From an uncultured Candidatus Saccharibacteria bacterium (GTDB lineage Bacteria; Patescibacteriota; Minisyncoccia; Phycocordibacterales; JAKFXT01), in assembly GCA_964385825.1 (NCBI GenBank), contig CAYLPX010000003.1, positions 37,559 through 101,558 of the forward strand: a DNA stretch of 64,000 nt. The letters run 5' to 3'. The notes below the pieces were generated by a model that was not told where the DNA came from, ran no database searches, and worked only from the letters and a program-made list of their open reading frames with translations. Made by a program: the position numbers and the translations under genes. The first letter of the stretch is position 1. Every line of letters begins with the position of its first letter. Below, piece after piece: positions 45,740-55,183 of this stretch.

Positions 45740-46838
45740 GGATATATTTTAAAATATGCTGTGCTCGCTCTTTCCAAGAAAAGCTTCTCACCAATTCCTG
45801 CGCCCGCTTTGCTCGCACACTCGCTTCATCCTTGTTTTTATACACCTCAAGAATCTTTTCTGCTAGTGCCTCACTATTATCAGCTTCAAAAAGAAAACCA
45901 GTGTTTTCACTCAAGACCTCACGAAGTGAAGGGATATCAGCCGCAACAATAGGTACTCCGCTTGCCATATACTCAAAAATTTTAAGCGGCGATGTATATT
46001 CACGAGAAATTGTGTCCTTCGCGGTATTTGGAATAACCAAAAGATCAGCAACTCGTTGCAGGTTGGCTATCTTATTTTTTTCTATTCTTCCAAGAAAACG
46101 TACTTTGGGATATTGTCGCTGTAGCACTTCCACTTCCTCAGTAGTCCCTCCCGCTATTACAAAGACAAAAGATTCCATCTCTTTCTTAAGACTAGTCTCA
46201 AGTAGAGTATCCATCCCCTTCCATCCTCCCAATTTACCTGTGTAGAGCACCAAGAAATCTTCTTCCCTAACTTTGTACAAATCGCGCACAGCCGCTCTAT
46301 CAACATCTCCAGTATAGGCATCCAAGTTAACTCCATCATGAGCTACAAAGAGCTGTGCCTCTCCTATACCTTTTGATTTATAAAACTTAGAAAGACCAGA
46401 ACTTATAACCACAAATGGTGTTTTAAACGCGGCCAACCCCCGAATAAAAAAATTCCACTGTCCGGTGTGACTTTCAAAAATTACTTTCTTCCCCAATATC
46501 TTTGCAATGAAGAGCACTGCTTCATCCCTTCCATACACAACTCCACCTTGATTACGTACAAGGTACCAAAAAGCACTCATCATAAAAGTGAGCCAAGTTA
46601 CTACATACCCCACTATGCCAAAACGAATAATATCAAACACCGGCAGTTTTTTAATGGTGAAGTTTTTTTCAACTCCATAATAGAGAAATGGATCTTGTGT
46701 TTCTTTGTTATGCCTATTTGGCACAAGTAACACTACCTCCTCACCTAAAGCTGAAAAGGCACTACACATTTCCATAATTTGGATACCATGGGCTTTTTCG
46801 GTTGGAATACGGGCATTAGCAACGTAAAGAAGTTTCAT
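45732..46838 (-). CDS. Glycosyltransferase family 4
   Basis: GT4 architecture (MKLLYVANARIP... N-terminus, C-terminal EY...SGVPIVA). Confidence 0.8.
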   Translation of the reverse strand: MKLLYVANARIPTEKAHGIQIMEMCSAFSALGEEVVLLVPNRHNKETQDPFLYYGVEKNFTIKKLPVFDIIRFGIVGYVVTWLTFMMSAFWYLVRNQGGVVYGRDEAVLFIAKILGKKVIFESHTGQWNFFIRGLAAFKTPFVVISSGLSKFYKSKGIGEAQLFVAHDGVNLDAYTGDVDRAAVRDLYKVREEDFLVLYTGKLGGWKGMDTLLETSLKKEMESFVFVIAGGTTEEVEVLQRQYPKVRFLGRIEKNKIANLQRVADLLVIPNTAKDTISREYTSPLKIFEYMASGVPIVAADIPSLREVLSENTGFLFEADNSEALAEKILEVYKNKDEASVRAKRAQELVRSFSWKERAQHILKYIHG

Positions 46839-46839
46839 A

Positions 46840-47454
46840 TTACTTATTCTTCAACACAAAGAAATGATGGTATTGATTTTCAAAAGGAACGTAATCTTTT
46901 ATAACAACAAAATATTTCTTTAATACCCATCGTATATACCAAGGCGCATATCCTTCTTTACCTACTTCCCAATAATGCTCCCCATCAAATTTGTGAATTT
47001 TGTAAAACCAAAGCTTCCAAGCAAACTTAATCTCTGGCACAAAAGGTATTTTAAATAAAAATTTCACCGGTGGTCCAAAATGAGGCAGACTCAAAATAAC
47101 AGCACCTTTTGAAACTCGCTTTAATTCTTTAAGAGCGGTTTCAAACTGTAAATACGGTAAATGCTCAAGAACTTCAAAAGCACAAACTGTATCAAAGGTA
47201 TTATCTTCAAACGGAAGAGCGAGTACTGAACCCACCACATCTGGATGTAAATCCTCCGCAACATCAAGTGTGGTGTATGCAATATTAGTATGTGTTTTGA
47301 TGTAATCCCTCACTACCCCCTCTCCAACTCCAATTTCAAGAATTGTTTGAGGCTCTGTGGTCAATAATTCTTTAATTTGATAATAGTAACTACTCCACCG
47401 AGCCAAATCGGTGTATTTCCCAAACGAGTAATGTTCTTTATTTACCTGTTTCAT
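46840..47454 (-). CDS. Class I SAM-dependent methyltransferase
   Basis: LEIGVGEG motif I and FEVLEHLP. Start set at Met 47454. The ORF-track start 47508 is an alternative. Confidence 0.55.
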   Translation of the reverse strand: MKQVNKEHYSFGKYTDLARWSSYYYQIKELLTTEPQTILEIGVGEGVVRDYIKTHTNIAYTTLDVAEDLHPDVVGSVLALPFEDNTFDTVCAFEVLEHLPYLQFETALKELKRVSKGAVILSLPHFGPPVKFLFKIPFVPEIKFAWKLWFYKIHKFDGEHYWEVGKEGYAPWYIRWVLKKYFVVIKDYVPFENQYHHFFVLKNK

Positions 47455-48478
47455 ATATAGCGATAATTTTCCCCACAAGAGTTTGATAAGCATAGGCTGG
47501 AACCACAAGACTGCGCAAGTCTATTCTCTCTTCCCTAGTCATACGTATAGCCGAAACTACCTTTTCTACCAACTCCCCACTGTCCCCTAAAGTAACCAGG
47601 GATTGCTCAGCAAATGGTCCAAAAAGGCCCTGTAACCCTTGATTTGAGGCTATAACAGGCACACCGCAAGATAGTGACTCAAGTACCGCCTTATCCAATC
47701 CACCCGTCGGAGTGAGGTTAAGCGTAATACTGGCTCTGTTGTAGTACTGAGGTAATTCACCCCCAGGAATGGCCCCCAAAAAATGAACCTTCTCTCCTAG
47801 CCCCAAGTCCTCAACCATAGCTAAAAGCTTTGCATAATACGGGTCACTTTTTTCCGGCACCTTACTAATGACAGTGAGTGTCACTCCTTGCCCCAACTGA
47901 TTTTCAATTTGAGGAATGGCTTCGATCATCAGCTCAATGTGTTTAATAGGAGCAATACGAGAAACTGTTACTATCTCAACTTTTTCTCTACTTACTTCCC
48001 GTGGACTGAATAAGTCTGTATTAATCCCATGCCCTACCACATGCACTTTTTTAGAGGGAATAGTAAAACTCTCCTTAACAGCGGTAAAAATATCGTGTGC
48101 AAAAAAATGCGCTATACGTAGCTTAAAATTCACCTGTTTGTGGGTATACCATAGGCCAATCCGCTTCCCAAAAAGTCTCCAGAGTAGTCCACCAAGCACT
48201 ACATATTCTGGGTTCATAAATACAAACACCTGATCGTACGAAAATATTTTTTTGAGAATAATTTTAAAAAATCTATAGAGGTAAGTTACTCTCCCCCTTC
48301 CCTCATTTTTACCAAGCGAAAAAACTTCTACATTTTTTGGCAATGTGTAACTTCCCGTACGAAGAGCAATAACCGTTACTGATTCATACCGCTTAGCAAA
48401 TTCGCGAACCCAATCAAGGAAAAAAACAAAGTGATCGTCCTTTTCATCTATTGCTTGAGTTGTAATAAGTAACTTCAT
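47438..48478 (-). CDS. Glycosyltransferase family 4
   Basis: GT4 C-terminal motif region (ESLSCGVPVIAS). Confidence 0.8.
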   Translation of the reverse strand: MKLLITTQAIDEKDDHFVFFLDWVREFAKRYESVTVIALRTGSYTLPKNVEVFSLGKNEGRGRVTYLYRFFKIILKKIFSYDQVFVFMNPEYVVLGGLLWRLFGKRIGLWYTHKQVNFKLRIAHFFAHDIFTAVKESFTIPSKKVHVVGHGINTDLFSPREVSREKVEIVTVSRIAPIKHIELMIEAIPQIENQLGQGVTLTVISKVPEKSDPYYAKLLAMVEDLGLGEKVHFLGAIPGGELPQYYNRASITLNLTPTGGLDKAVLESLSCGVPVIASNQGLQGLFGPFAEQSLVTLGDSGELVEKVVSAIRMTREERIDLRSLVVPAYAYQTLVGKIIAIYETGK

Positions 48479-48481
48479 ATA

Positions 48482-49618
48482 TTATTGTTCCGCTTTCTGC
48501 CAAAGATCCTTAATGCGAAGTAATCGTTCTGCTTTTGCACGCTCTACGTAGTGAGTTACTATTTCAAGCGCCTTAGTAGCCTTCGCCACACACTCCTCAT
48601 TGTGTAAAAGCATGTACGCCAGCTGTTGCTTAAAATCAGCCACATCATCTACCTTAGTGATGGTAATGGTATCTCCTGAGAAAACTTCTCCCGCAATTCC
48701 AACATCAGTAGTTAACACGGGGCATCCTGATATTGCCGCCTCAAGTATGGTTCTACCATACCCCTCATAATTTGAAGTATTGAGAAAAATGTCAGCACTC
48801 TCAAAATAAGGAGTAACCATATCCTGTCTACCCTCAAATACCACCTTCTCCTTGAGTCCTAAATTTTTAGCAAGTGTTACCAAATTACCCCTTTCTCTCC
48901 CAGCACCAACAATAACTAACCCTAAACCAGGGTTAGTAACAACTAGTTCCTTAAGCACATACAGTGCAAGAGGAATGTTCTTCTCACTTTCTAAGCGACT
49001 AACCATTAGCAGTATTGTTTTAAACTGCGGATATTTTTTTTGAAGAAAATCACTACGTACCAATCTCTCTTGTATTTGTAGATCAAGAGCTACTGGTATA
49101 ACCGCTATTTCTGTATTGAGTTTAAACTCTGGGCCTAATTTATAATCTCTTTCCAATTCTTTCTTAATACGCTCTGACACCACACGTACCACTTTTGCAG
49201 TAAGTAATACTCTATGAGCTATAGCAATTCTTACTCTGTTAAGTAAAGATTGTTTTTTAAAATAAGGGCTGCCAAGATCAGTATGTATCTGTACTTCAAA
49301 CCCAGCCCCAAGCTTGCGTGCTACAGATTCTGCAACAAGACCTATTTCAAAAGGATCCTGTGCTGTAACTACCGTAATACCTTTTCCCCTAAGTCTTTTG
49401 GCTATACGTAATACACCAAGTCCATAAAACAACTTGCTAAAAGAATTAGTTGGGTAAAGAAACATATTCCCAACTTTTTGAGTATTTCTGTTGCCCCCTT
49501 TCGTACAAACAATAATATGGAGTTCGTCAGTAAGTGAAGCGTAACTTTCCATACGTTTACACTCCTTACTTTGTAAGTCTAAAATATGAGCATCTGTTGA
49601 AATCATCAGTACCTTCAT
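48482..49618 (-). CDS. Glycosyltransferase family 4
   Basis: GT4 (EGYGRTILEAAISGCPVLTT). Confidence 0.8.
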   Translation of the reverse strand: MKVLMISTDAHILDLQSKECKRMESYASLTDELHIIVCTKGGNRNTQKVGNMFLYPTNSFSKLFYGLGVLRIAKRLRGKGITVVTAQDPFEIGLVAESVARKLGAGFEVQIHTDLGSPYFKKQSLLNRVRIAIAHRVLLTAKVVRVVSERIKKELERDYKLGPEFKLNTEIAVIPVALDLQIQERLVRSDFLQKKYPQFKTILLMVSRLESEKNIPLALYVLKELVVTNPGLGLVIVGAGRERGNLVTLAKNLGLKEKVVFEGRQDMVTPYFESADIFLNTSNYEGYGRTILEAAISGCPVLTTDVGIAGEVFSGDTITITKVDDVADFKQQLAYMLLHNEECVAKATKALEIVTHYVERAKAERLLRIKDLWQKAEQ

Positions 49619-50709
49619 ACTAGTGTTTTAAGTAGCTTCTCAACCATATGCTCTTCTTTAAATTGCTCAAGCTTCCTTTTACCCGCTACTCCAAACTGTG
49701 TCTGAAGCATAGTATCTCCACAAAGCTTTAGTAACGCCGCTTCTAACTCCTCCTTATTTTTGGTGGTAACTAACAAACCGTCCTTACCATCTTCTATAAG
49801 CTCAGGATTCCCTCCCGCAGTTGATGAGATAACCGGCGTACCGAGTGAGAGTGCTTCAAGGAGTACGTGTGAGAAACCTTCATAGGAACTTGCGAGTACA
49901 AAACAGTCAGCCGCTTTAATTCTTTTGTGTAATTCTTGCTGCGGAACTTTGCCAATAAAAGTTACTTTTTCCTCTATCCCAAGTTCTCGCGTGAGCTCCA
50001 TAAGTGCTCTTTTCTCTGGTCCTTCATCAATGATGAAAAGTTTTGCGTCTTTATATGTTTTACTTAATTCTGTAAAAGCCATAATGAGTGTCGGAAATTC
50101 TTTCCAGGGAACTAATCTACCAGCAGATACTATGGTTGGGTACGTATAGGCATATGTCTTTCGTAACTCTTCTTTAGTTTCTGTAATAATCGGAGCATTA
50201 AAGGCATTAAAAATGACTTCTATGCTCTCTGGTGCTATCCCCCAAGCAGTTACTACCCCTTTGAGATAGTTACTAGGAACGATTATTTTCTTAGCTTGAT
50301 TAGCTACAAGCTTTTCTACAAAACGGAACATTTCTACGGAAAGTGGATATTTCTTTTTATTTTTTACAAAGTCATCAAGACTTTCTTTTATCCCATACCG
50401 CGCCTGCCCCTGTTCCCACGCATAGTCCCCCACGATTTTAAGAAAGAAAGGTTTATCTTGTACCTTTGATGCAAGTAGAGCTGGGAGTCCCACAGAAACC
50501 GGATCTTGTGCATAAAGAAGATCTGCTCCACTTACAGCCTTCTTTAACCTTAAGAAAAAGACAAAGTGGCGTATAACCTTTGGATACTTAAGCACCTCAC
50601 CAAAAGAAACAACCTCTACCTTCATCCTATAGGAAGGCAGCCGACTTTCCAAAAGACGGCTGTAGGAAACTGGCCCACCGAAACTACCTGTAGCAATAAC
50701 TATCTTCAT
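49615..50709 (-). CDS. Glycosyltransferase family 4
   Basis: GT4 (EGFSHVLLEALSLGTPVISS). 4-nt overlap with the downstream gene. Confidence 0.8.
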   Translation of the reverse strand: MKIVIATGSFGGPVSYSRLLESRLPSYRMKVEVVSFGEVLKYPKVIRHFVFFLRLKKAVSGADLLYAQDPVSVGLPALLASKVQDKPFFLKIVGDYAWEQGQARYGIKESLDDFVKNKKKYPLSVEMFRFVEKLVANQAKKIIVPSNYLKGVVTAWGIAPESIEVIFNAFNAPIITETKEELRKTYAYTYPTIVSAGRLVPWKEFPTLIMAFTELSKTYKDAKLFIIDEGPEKRALMELTRELGIEEKVTFIGKVPQQELHKRIKAADCFVLASSYEGFSHVLLEALSLGTPVISSTAGGNPELIEDGKDGLLVTTKNKEELEAALLKLCGDTMLQTQFGVAGKRKLEQFKEEHMVEKLLKTLV

Positions 50710-50868
50710 TAATGGTAATTACTATAACAAAGGAAAGGGGCAAAAAGATACTCTCCACAGTAGCTTAAAAACTAGTCTAGTAATAAGGTTTATAGTAGGA
50801 TGTAAGCTGTTTATCTACCATTAATTACCGAGTAGATACTCTGACTAAAAACCACCCACTACCCATAT

Positions 50869-51696
50869 ATGACTATCTATAAACTAAAAATCTTATTAAA
50901 AGCATACCGAACCATTGGAAAGCTGGTTGTGACACGCATTACAGGAGGAGGAAGAACTGATGCCAATGTTAAAGCAGAATATGGACATCTCTGGGACCAA
51001 AGTGGAAAAGATGAAAAAAAATACATCGGTATTCCACAGCCATACTATAAATATAATCGCCTTGCACTGCTCCGTCGTATAGACAGAAAGAAATCTTTAA
51101 TAGAACATCTCAATGATACTATTGCGTCACTTCAACCAAAAACTATTCTTGAATTAGGTAGTGGAGCTGGTATGAATGTGCTTTGTCTCGCTCTCCTCAA
51201 CCCACATATTTCTTTCACTGGCCTTGAATACACTGCAGAAGGAATAGAGACTTCGAAGAAATTGATAGCTAACCCACCACTTAGAATACTTTCCTTTACC
51301 CTTGGCATGAGCGAAGAGGAAATCCTGTCACGACTTCCCAAGATACAACTAACTTTTATACAAGGAGATATGCGAGCACAGCCCTTTAAAGATGGATCAT
51401 TTGACTTTGTTTTTACCTATCTAGCCGTAGAACAAATAGCCAGAAATTGTAACGAGTGTTTTAGAGAAGTCTATCGAGTAATAAAACCTAAAAGTATGGG
51501 TCATGCCCTTTTCGTTGAAAGCTTCAAAGAAGCTCAAAAGACTTATACCCAACGACTTGTTCTGTGGGCGTCTGATTACTTCCGCTACAGCATACGCGTT
51601 GTAGAAAAAGAAAACCTCCGTGTAGTACGGTATCAAGAAATGGATTTCCAAAACCTCCAACTAGGCCTCGGATCCCTCCTTGTTGACCATCCTTAA
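50869..51696 (+). CDS. Class I SAM-dependent methyltransferase
   Basis: ILELGSGAGMN motif I, FVFTYLAVEQ. Confidence 0.65.
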   Translation: MTIYKLKILLKAYRTIGKLVVTRITGGGRTDANVKAEYGHLWDQSGKDEKKYIGIPQPYYKYNRLALLRRIDRKKSLIEHLNDTIASLQPKTILELGSGAGMNVLCLALLNPHISFTGLEYTAEGIETSKKLIANPPLRILSFTLGMSEEEILSRLPKIQLTFIQGDMRAQPFKDGSFDFVFTYLAVEQIARNCNECFREVYRVIKPKSMGHALFVESFKEAQKTYTQRLVLWASDYFRYSIRVVEKENLRVVRYQEMDFQNLQLGLGSLLVDHP

Positions 51697-52895
51697 ATAA
51701 CTGTATCGAACACTTCTTCTTTCATCTGCTTTGCAATACGATTCCAATCATATCGCTCCATAGCCAAGGTTTTAGCATTACTAATAATTTTTGCCCGTAA
51801 GGCTGTATCTTCTAAGCAATGTTTTACCTGGCGCGCTATCCCCTCTGGATCCTTCATATCTACAACATAGCCAGTTGGCATTTTGTCACGGTTTAATTCA
51901 CTGTCATATAGATAATCAGCAATCCCCCCTGCCTGAGTCGCGATAACTGGTATTTCCGCAACCATCGCTTCAACAAACGAAATGCCAAAACCCTCCGAAA
52001 GTGATGGTCGAATAAAAATATCACACGCCTTCAAATACTTTGGCATATCAGCATGACTTAGCTGCCCCATAAAACGAACCCTCTTTTCTACCCCCTCACT
52101 TTTTGCAAGCGCTCGAAGCATAGCCTCGTCCGGCCCCAGTCCATACACTAAAAAGTAAATATTCTCCGGCAGTAGTTTCATGGCCTTAATCACATCATCA
52201 GTTGCATTCTTCTTAACCAAACGCGATGTGGTAATCAGAAATACATCACCTTCCTTTTTCCCCAAAGAATCCTGTACGTCTTTAATTTCAGCAAAAGTAT
52301 ATTCCTGCGAAAAATGCTTAGCGTTTACTCCATTTGGCACGACCACAACTTCCCCCTTAAAGCCTAATCGCTTTATCTGCCTTGCCAAATGCGTTGCAGC
52401 AGCTACTGCACCATCTGCTTTACTAAAAAGCCAGGTGAACAATGGACCGAGTAATCTTGTTTTTCTCTCATAATGTTCAAAAGGATCTCCATCATCCGAT
52501 CGAACGATATACGGAATACCGGGAAAACATAGTTTAAAGAAAAGTGCGCTAAAAGAAGCGTAGCTCGTCATTGTAGACATCACTGCATCATAGGGTTTAC
52601 GACGATGAAGCACTACCGCATAGAGAAAGGCCCATGCGGGATATATATACTTGTTGAGAGAGAGTGGGAAATTTTTAGCGTCTGATACCGTTGCCCCGCG
52701 TTTTGTAAACCCAACACGAAACATGTCTATATGTCCGAACCGTTCAAACTTTGGCAACTCACTCCGCAAACGAAGTGTGATCATATCAAAATGATACTCC
52801 TCTTCACTAATACGATCCGTTACTTCCTTAACGGCAACTTCAGCCCCGCCAATAAAGGGGTGGTAGGTTAATGTGAAAAGTAGTACCCGCTTCAT
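51693..52895 (-). CDS. Glycosyltransferase family 4
   Basis: GT4 (EGFGISFVEAMVAEIPVIAT). Confidence 0.8.
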   Translation of the reverse strand: MKRVLLFTLTYHPFIGGAEVAVKEVTDRISEEEYHFDMITLRLRSELPKFERFGHIDMFRVGFTKRGATVSDAKNFPLSLNKYIYPAWAFLYAVVLHRRKPYDAVMSTMTSYASFSALFFKLCFPGIPYIVRSDDGDPFEHYERKTRLLGPLFTWLFSKADGAVAAATHLARQIKRLGFKGEVVVVPNGVNAKHFSQEYTFAEIKDVQDSLGKKEGDVFLITTSRLVKKNATDDVIKAMKLLPENIYFLVYGLGPDEAMLRALAKSEGVEKRVRFMGQLSHADMPKYLKACDIFIRPSLSEGFGISFVEAMVAEIPVIATQAGGIADYLYDSELNRDKMPTGYVVDMKDPEGIARQVKHCLEDTALRAKIISNAKTLAMERYDWNRIAKQMKEEVFDTVI

Positions 52896-52900
52896 GGGTT

Positions 52901-53950
52901 TTAAAGATCATTAAGTGCTCGCGCCTCTTGAACATGAGCGCGATATCCTTCAAATATTTTCTGCATAGCGACAGTCATGGTAACTTCAGGTTTCCACCCA
53001 AGTTCCTTCTCTGTATTATCTATTTTAGGAACTCGATTTTTAACATCCTGATATCCCTTACCATAAAAACCTTCAGGAGTTGTTACGATAATTTTTACTT
53101 TATGGGAATATTTTTTATACTCTTCGTATTTATTAGCGAGAGTGAGCATAGTTTCGGCCAATTTCTTAATTGACCAATTATTTTTAGGGTTTCCGATATT
53201 ATAGATTTTGCCCGATGCCACCCCACCCTTGTTTTCAATAATTTTCATAAGTGCAGAAACGCCATCATCAATATAGGTAAAGGCTCTTTTCTGCAGGCCG
53301 CCATCAACTAATTTAATATTTTCGCCACGTACTATCTGCCCTAAAAACTGAGTGATAACTCGTGAACCACCTTCTTTCTTTGTCGAAAGCCTATCAAGCC
53401 CAACTCCAATCCAGTTAAAAGGACGGAAGATAGTGAAATCAAGTCCACGCTCAATACCGTATGCCCAAATAACTCTATCTAGCATTTGCTTACTGCAAGA
53501 ATAAATCCAGCGCTGCTTGTCGATCGGACCAAGTACAAGTGAAGATTTGTATGGATCAAACTCTTTATCTGGTGACATACCATAGACCTCTGAGGTAGAT
53601 GGAAAAATAAGTCGCTTCTTATGCTTTGCCGTCATACGAACAATAGGCAGGTTCGCTTCAAAATCAAGCTCAAAAGTTCGCAGCGGCTCCTTCACATAAC
53701 TCATGGGAGTAGCAATAGCAACAAGCGGTAACACCACATCGCCCCATTTAATCTGCTTTTCTATCCAAGCGGCGCTTTTAGTGATATCCCCCTTTACAAA
53801 TTCAAACCTTTTATGTTTTAAAAATTCTTTGACACGATCGGACTCTAGATCCATACCCCGCACCTGCCAATCCGTGGTTTCTAGTATGCGCTTAGTAAGA
53901 TGATGCCCTATAAAGCCGTTTACTCCCAAAATTAATATCTTTTTAGCCAT
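52901..53950 (-). CDS. UDP-glucuronic acid decarboxylase, ArnA C-terminal-domain-like (UDP-4-keto-pentose / UDP-xylose-apiose synthase family)
   Basis: Rossmann [10 protein letters not shown] and near-identity to the ArnA decarboxylase core ([24 protein letters not shown] vs E. coli [24 protein letters not shown]). Confidence 0.7.
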   Translation of the reverse strand: [349 protein letters not shown]

Positions 53951-53997
53951 GCAGAATACTGTAACAAAATTAAGGTGGTTATGCTATGTAAACCCAT

Positions 53998-54025
53998 GAA
54001 AAAGGCCGGATGTCACCGTCCGGCC
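53998..54025 (-). terminator. Rho-independent terminator of the island-1 ORF
   Basis: ggccggatgtcaccgtccggcc (7-bp perfect GC stem) preceded on the plus strand by gaaaaa (a T-run on the minus strand), 18 nt after the ORF stop. Confidence 0.5.
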
Positions 54026-54042
54026 GACCAGCCCCACAACGT

Positions 54043-54264
54043 TCATCCCAGGGCTGCTGCTGTGGCATCCTCGCGGAGACCATGTTGCCTGCCGTATTCC
54101 TCATGCTGGAGGCTACGGTCTTTCCGCGCCTCCCTGAGCGCCAAGAGGAACGCCGTCCTATCTGCAAGGGTCCCGAACTTCAGGGTAATCCTGAGACCGG
54201 TTTCCTCCACAAAGTCGACATCCGGCGGCAAGTTAATCACCGCGGGGCCAGTTTCTTGGTTCAT
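54043..54264 (-). CDS. Small GC-rich ORF P1 (73 aa, unknown function) with strong SD
   Basis: MNQETGPAVINLPPDVDFVEETGLRITLKFGTLADRTAFLLALREARKD... Upstream is CCTAGAGGAGAGTGTCATG (GGAGA, 6 nt, ATG). Codon usage (CTC, CGG, GCG, CCG) is unlike neighbouring genes. Confidence 0.4.
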   Translation of the reverse strand: MNQETGPAVINLPPDVDFVEETGLRITLKFGTLADRTAFLLALREARKDRSLQHEEYGRQHGLREDATAAALG

Positions 54265-54299
54265 GACACTCTCCTCTAGGGTGGGTTCTGATCAATACA

Positions 54300-55151
54300 C
54301 TACAATAAAAGTTCGCTTTTGACTATAGAGACTAATTTTTCTGCCGCTTCCATGTCATTCGCTTGTGGGGATACCTCTGCTATATTATTTTTTACAAAAT
54401 ATTCACCCGATACCCCACTAGCCTTAGGACTACTAGCCAGATACACACTAGTTTCTGCCCCCGCTTTTGGAGAAATAGTAGTAAGAGAAAACAAACCCCT
54501 CACTACTATGTTTGAATTTCTCATTCCCTCTTTTAAAAGATTAGTACGGACTACTCCAGGGTGGAGTGCATTAACTGTCACACCACTTTCCTTTAACTCT
54601 TTAGCAAAGATTTTTGTCCAAAGAATGAGTGCGAGTTTTGAATTACTATAAGCCCTGTAGTGATCAAAATGTTTCCTACTTTCTAAATCACCGAGATTAA
54701 TTTCGCCCTGTGCATGCATAGTAGAAGAAACATTAATAATACGTGCTGGTGCCCCCGCTCTTAAAAGAGGTAGCAGAAGGTTTGTTAGCAGGAATGGGGA
54801 AAGAAAGTTGACCTGCCAGTTAAGTTCATGTTTGTCTCCGGTTTCAATACGCTCTTGCGGCATAACTCCCGCATTGTTAATAAGAACATTGAGTTGTGTA
54901 TATTTTTCTTTAAACTCCTCAACAAATTTCCTTATTGAAGCAAATGAGGCAAGATCTACTAAATAGTATGCTACGTTTGCATTCGGCATTTCTCGCTTCA
55001 TTTCTGTTAGTACACTCTCACCGTCCTCAACGTTGCGCGCAGTAAAAACAACCTGGGCTCCGAGTGTAGCAAGCCCCCGTACCGTTTCTTTACCGATGCC
55101 ACTTGTTCCACCTGTAACAAGGCATACCTTCCCTTCCATACTGTTATTCAT
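54300..55151 (-). CDS. Short-chain dehydrogenase/reductase (SDR) family oxidoreductase
   Basis: TGGTSGIG cofactor motif, NNAG, and YxxxK (YSNSK). Confidence 0.8.
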   Translation of the reverse strand: MNNSMEGKVCLVTGGTSGIGKETVRGLATLGAQVVFTARNVEDGESVLTEMKREMPNANVAYYLVDLASFASIRKFVEEFKEKYTQLNVLINNAGVMPQERIETGDKHELNWQVNFLSPFLLTNLLLPLLRAGAPARIINVSSTMHAQGEINLGDLESRKHFDHYRAYSNSKLALILWTKIFAKELKESGVTVNALHPGVVRTNLLKEGMRNSNIVVRGLFSLTTISPKAGAETSVYLASSPKASGVSGEYFVKNNIAEVSPQANDMEAAEKLVSIVKSELLL

Positions 55152-55183
55152 ATATAGATACTACTATACTTAAAGGTCTATAG

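Larger units (their letters stand above)
53975..54300. other. G+C-rich compositional island 1 (putative horizontally acquired mini-cassette)
   Basis: About 300 bp visibly far richer in G+C than the AT-rich flanks. Contains a minus-strand 73-aa ORF with a strong SD and a GC hairpin terminator. Confidence 0.6.

Noticed and set aside
53975-54322. Plus-strand ORFs (115 aa, 89 aa) across GC island 1, and the 94-aa plus-strand ORF across island 2 (58539-58823)
   Set aside because: Long open frames are expected by chance in G+C-rich DNA. They have no SD or start context, and they run antisense to the SD- and terminator-supported minus-strand ORFs.
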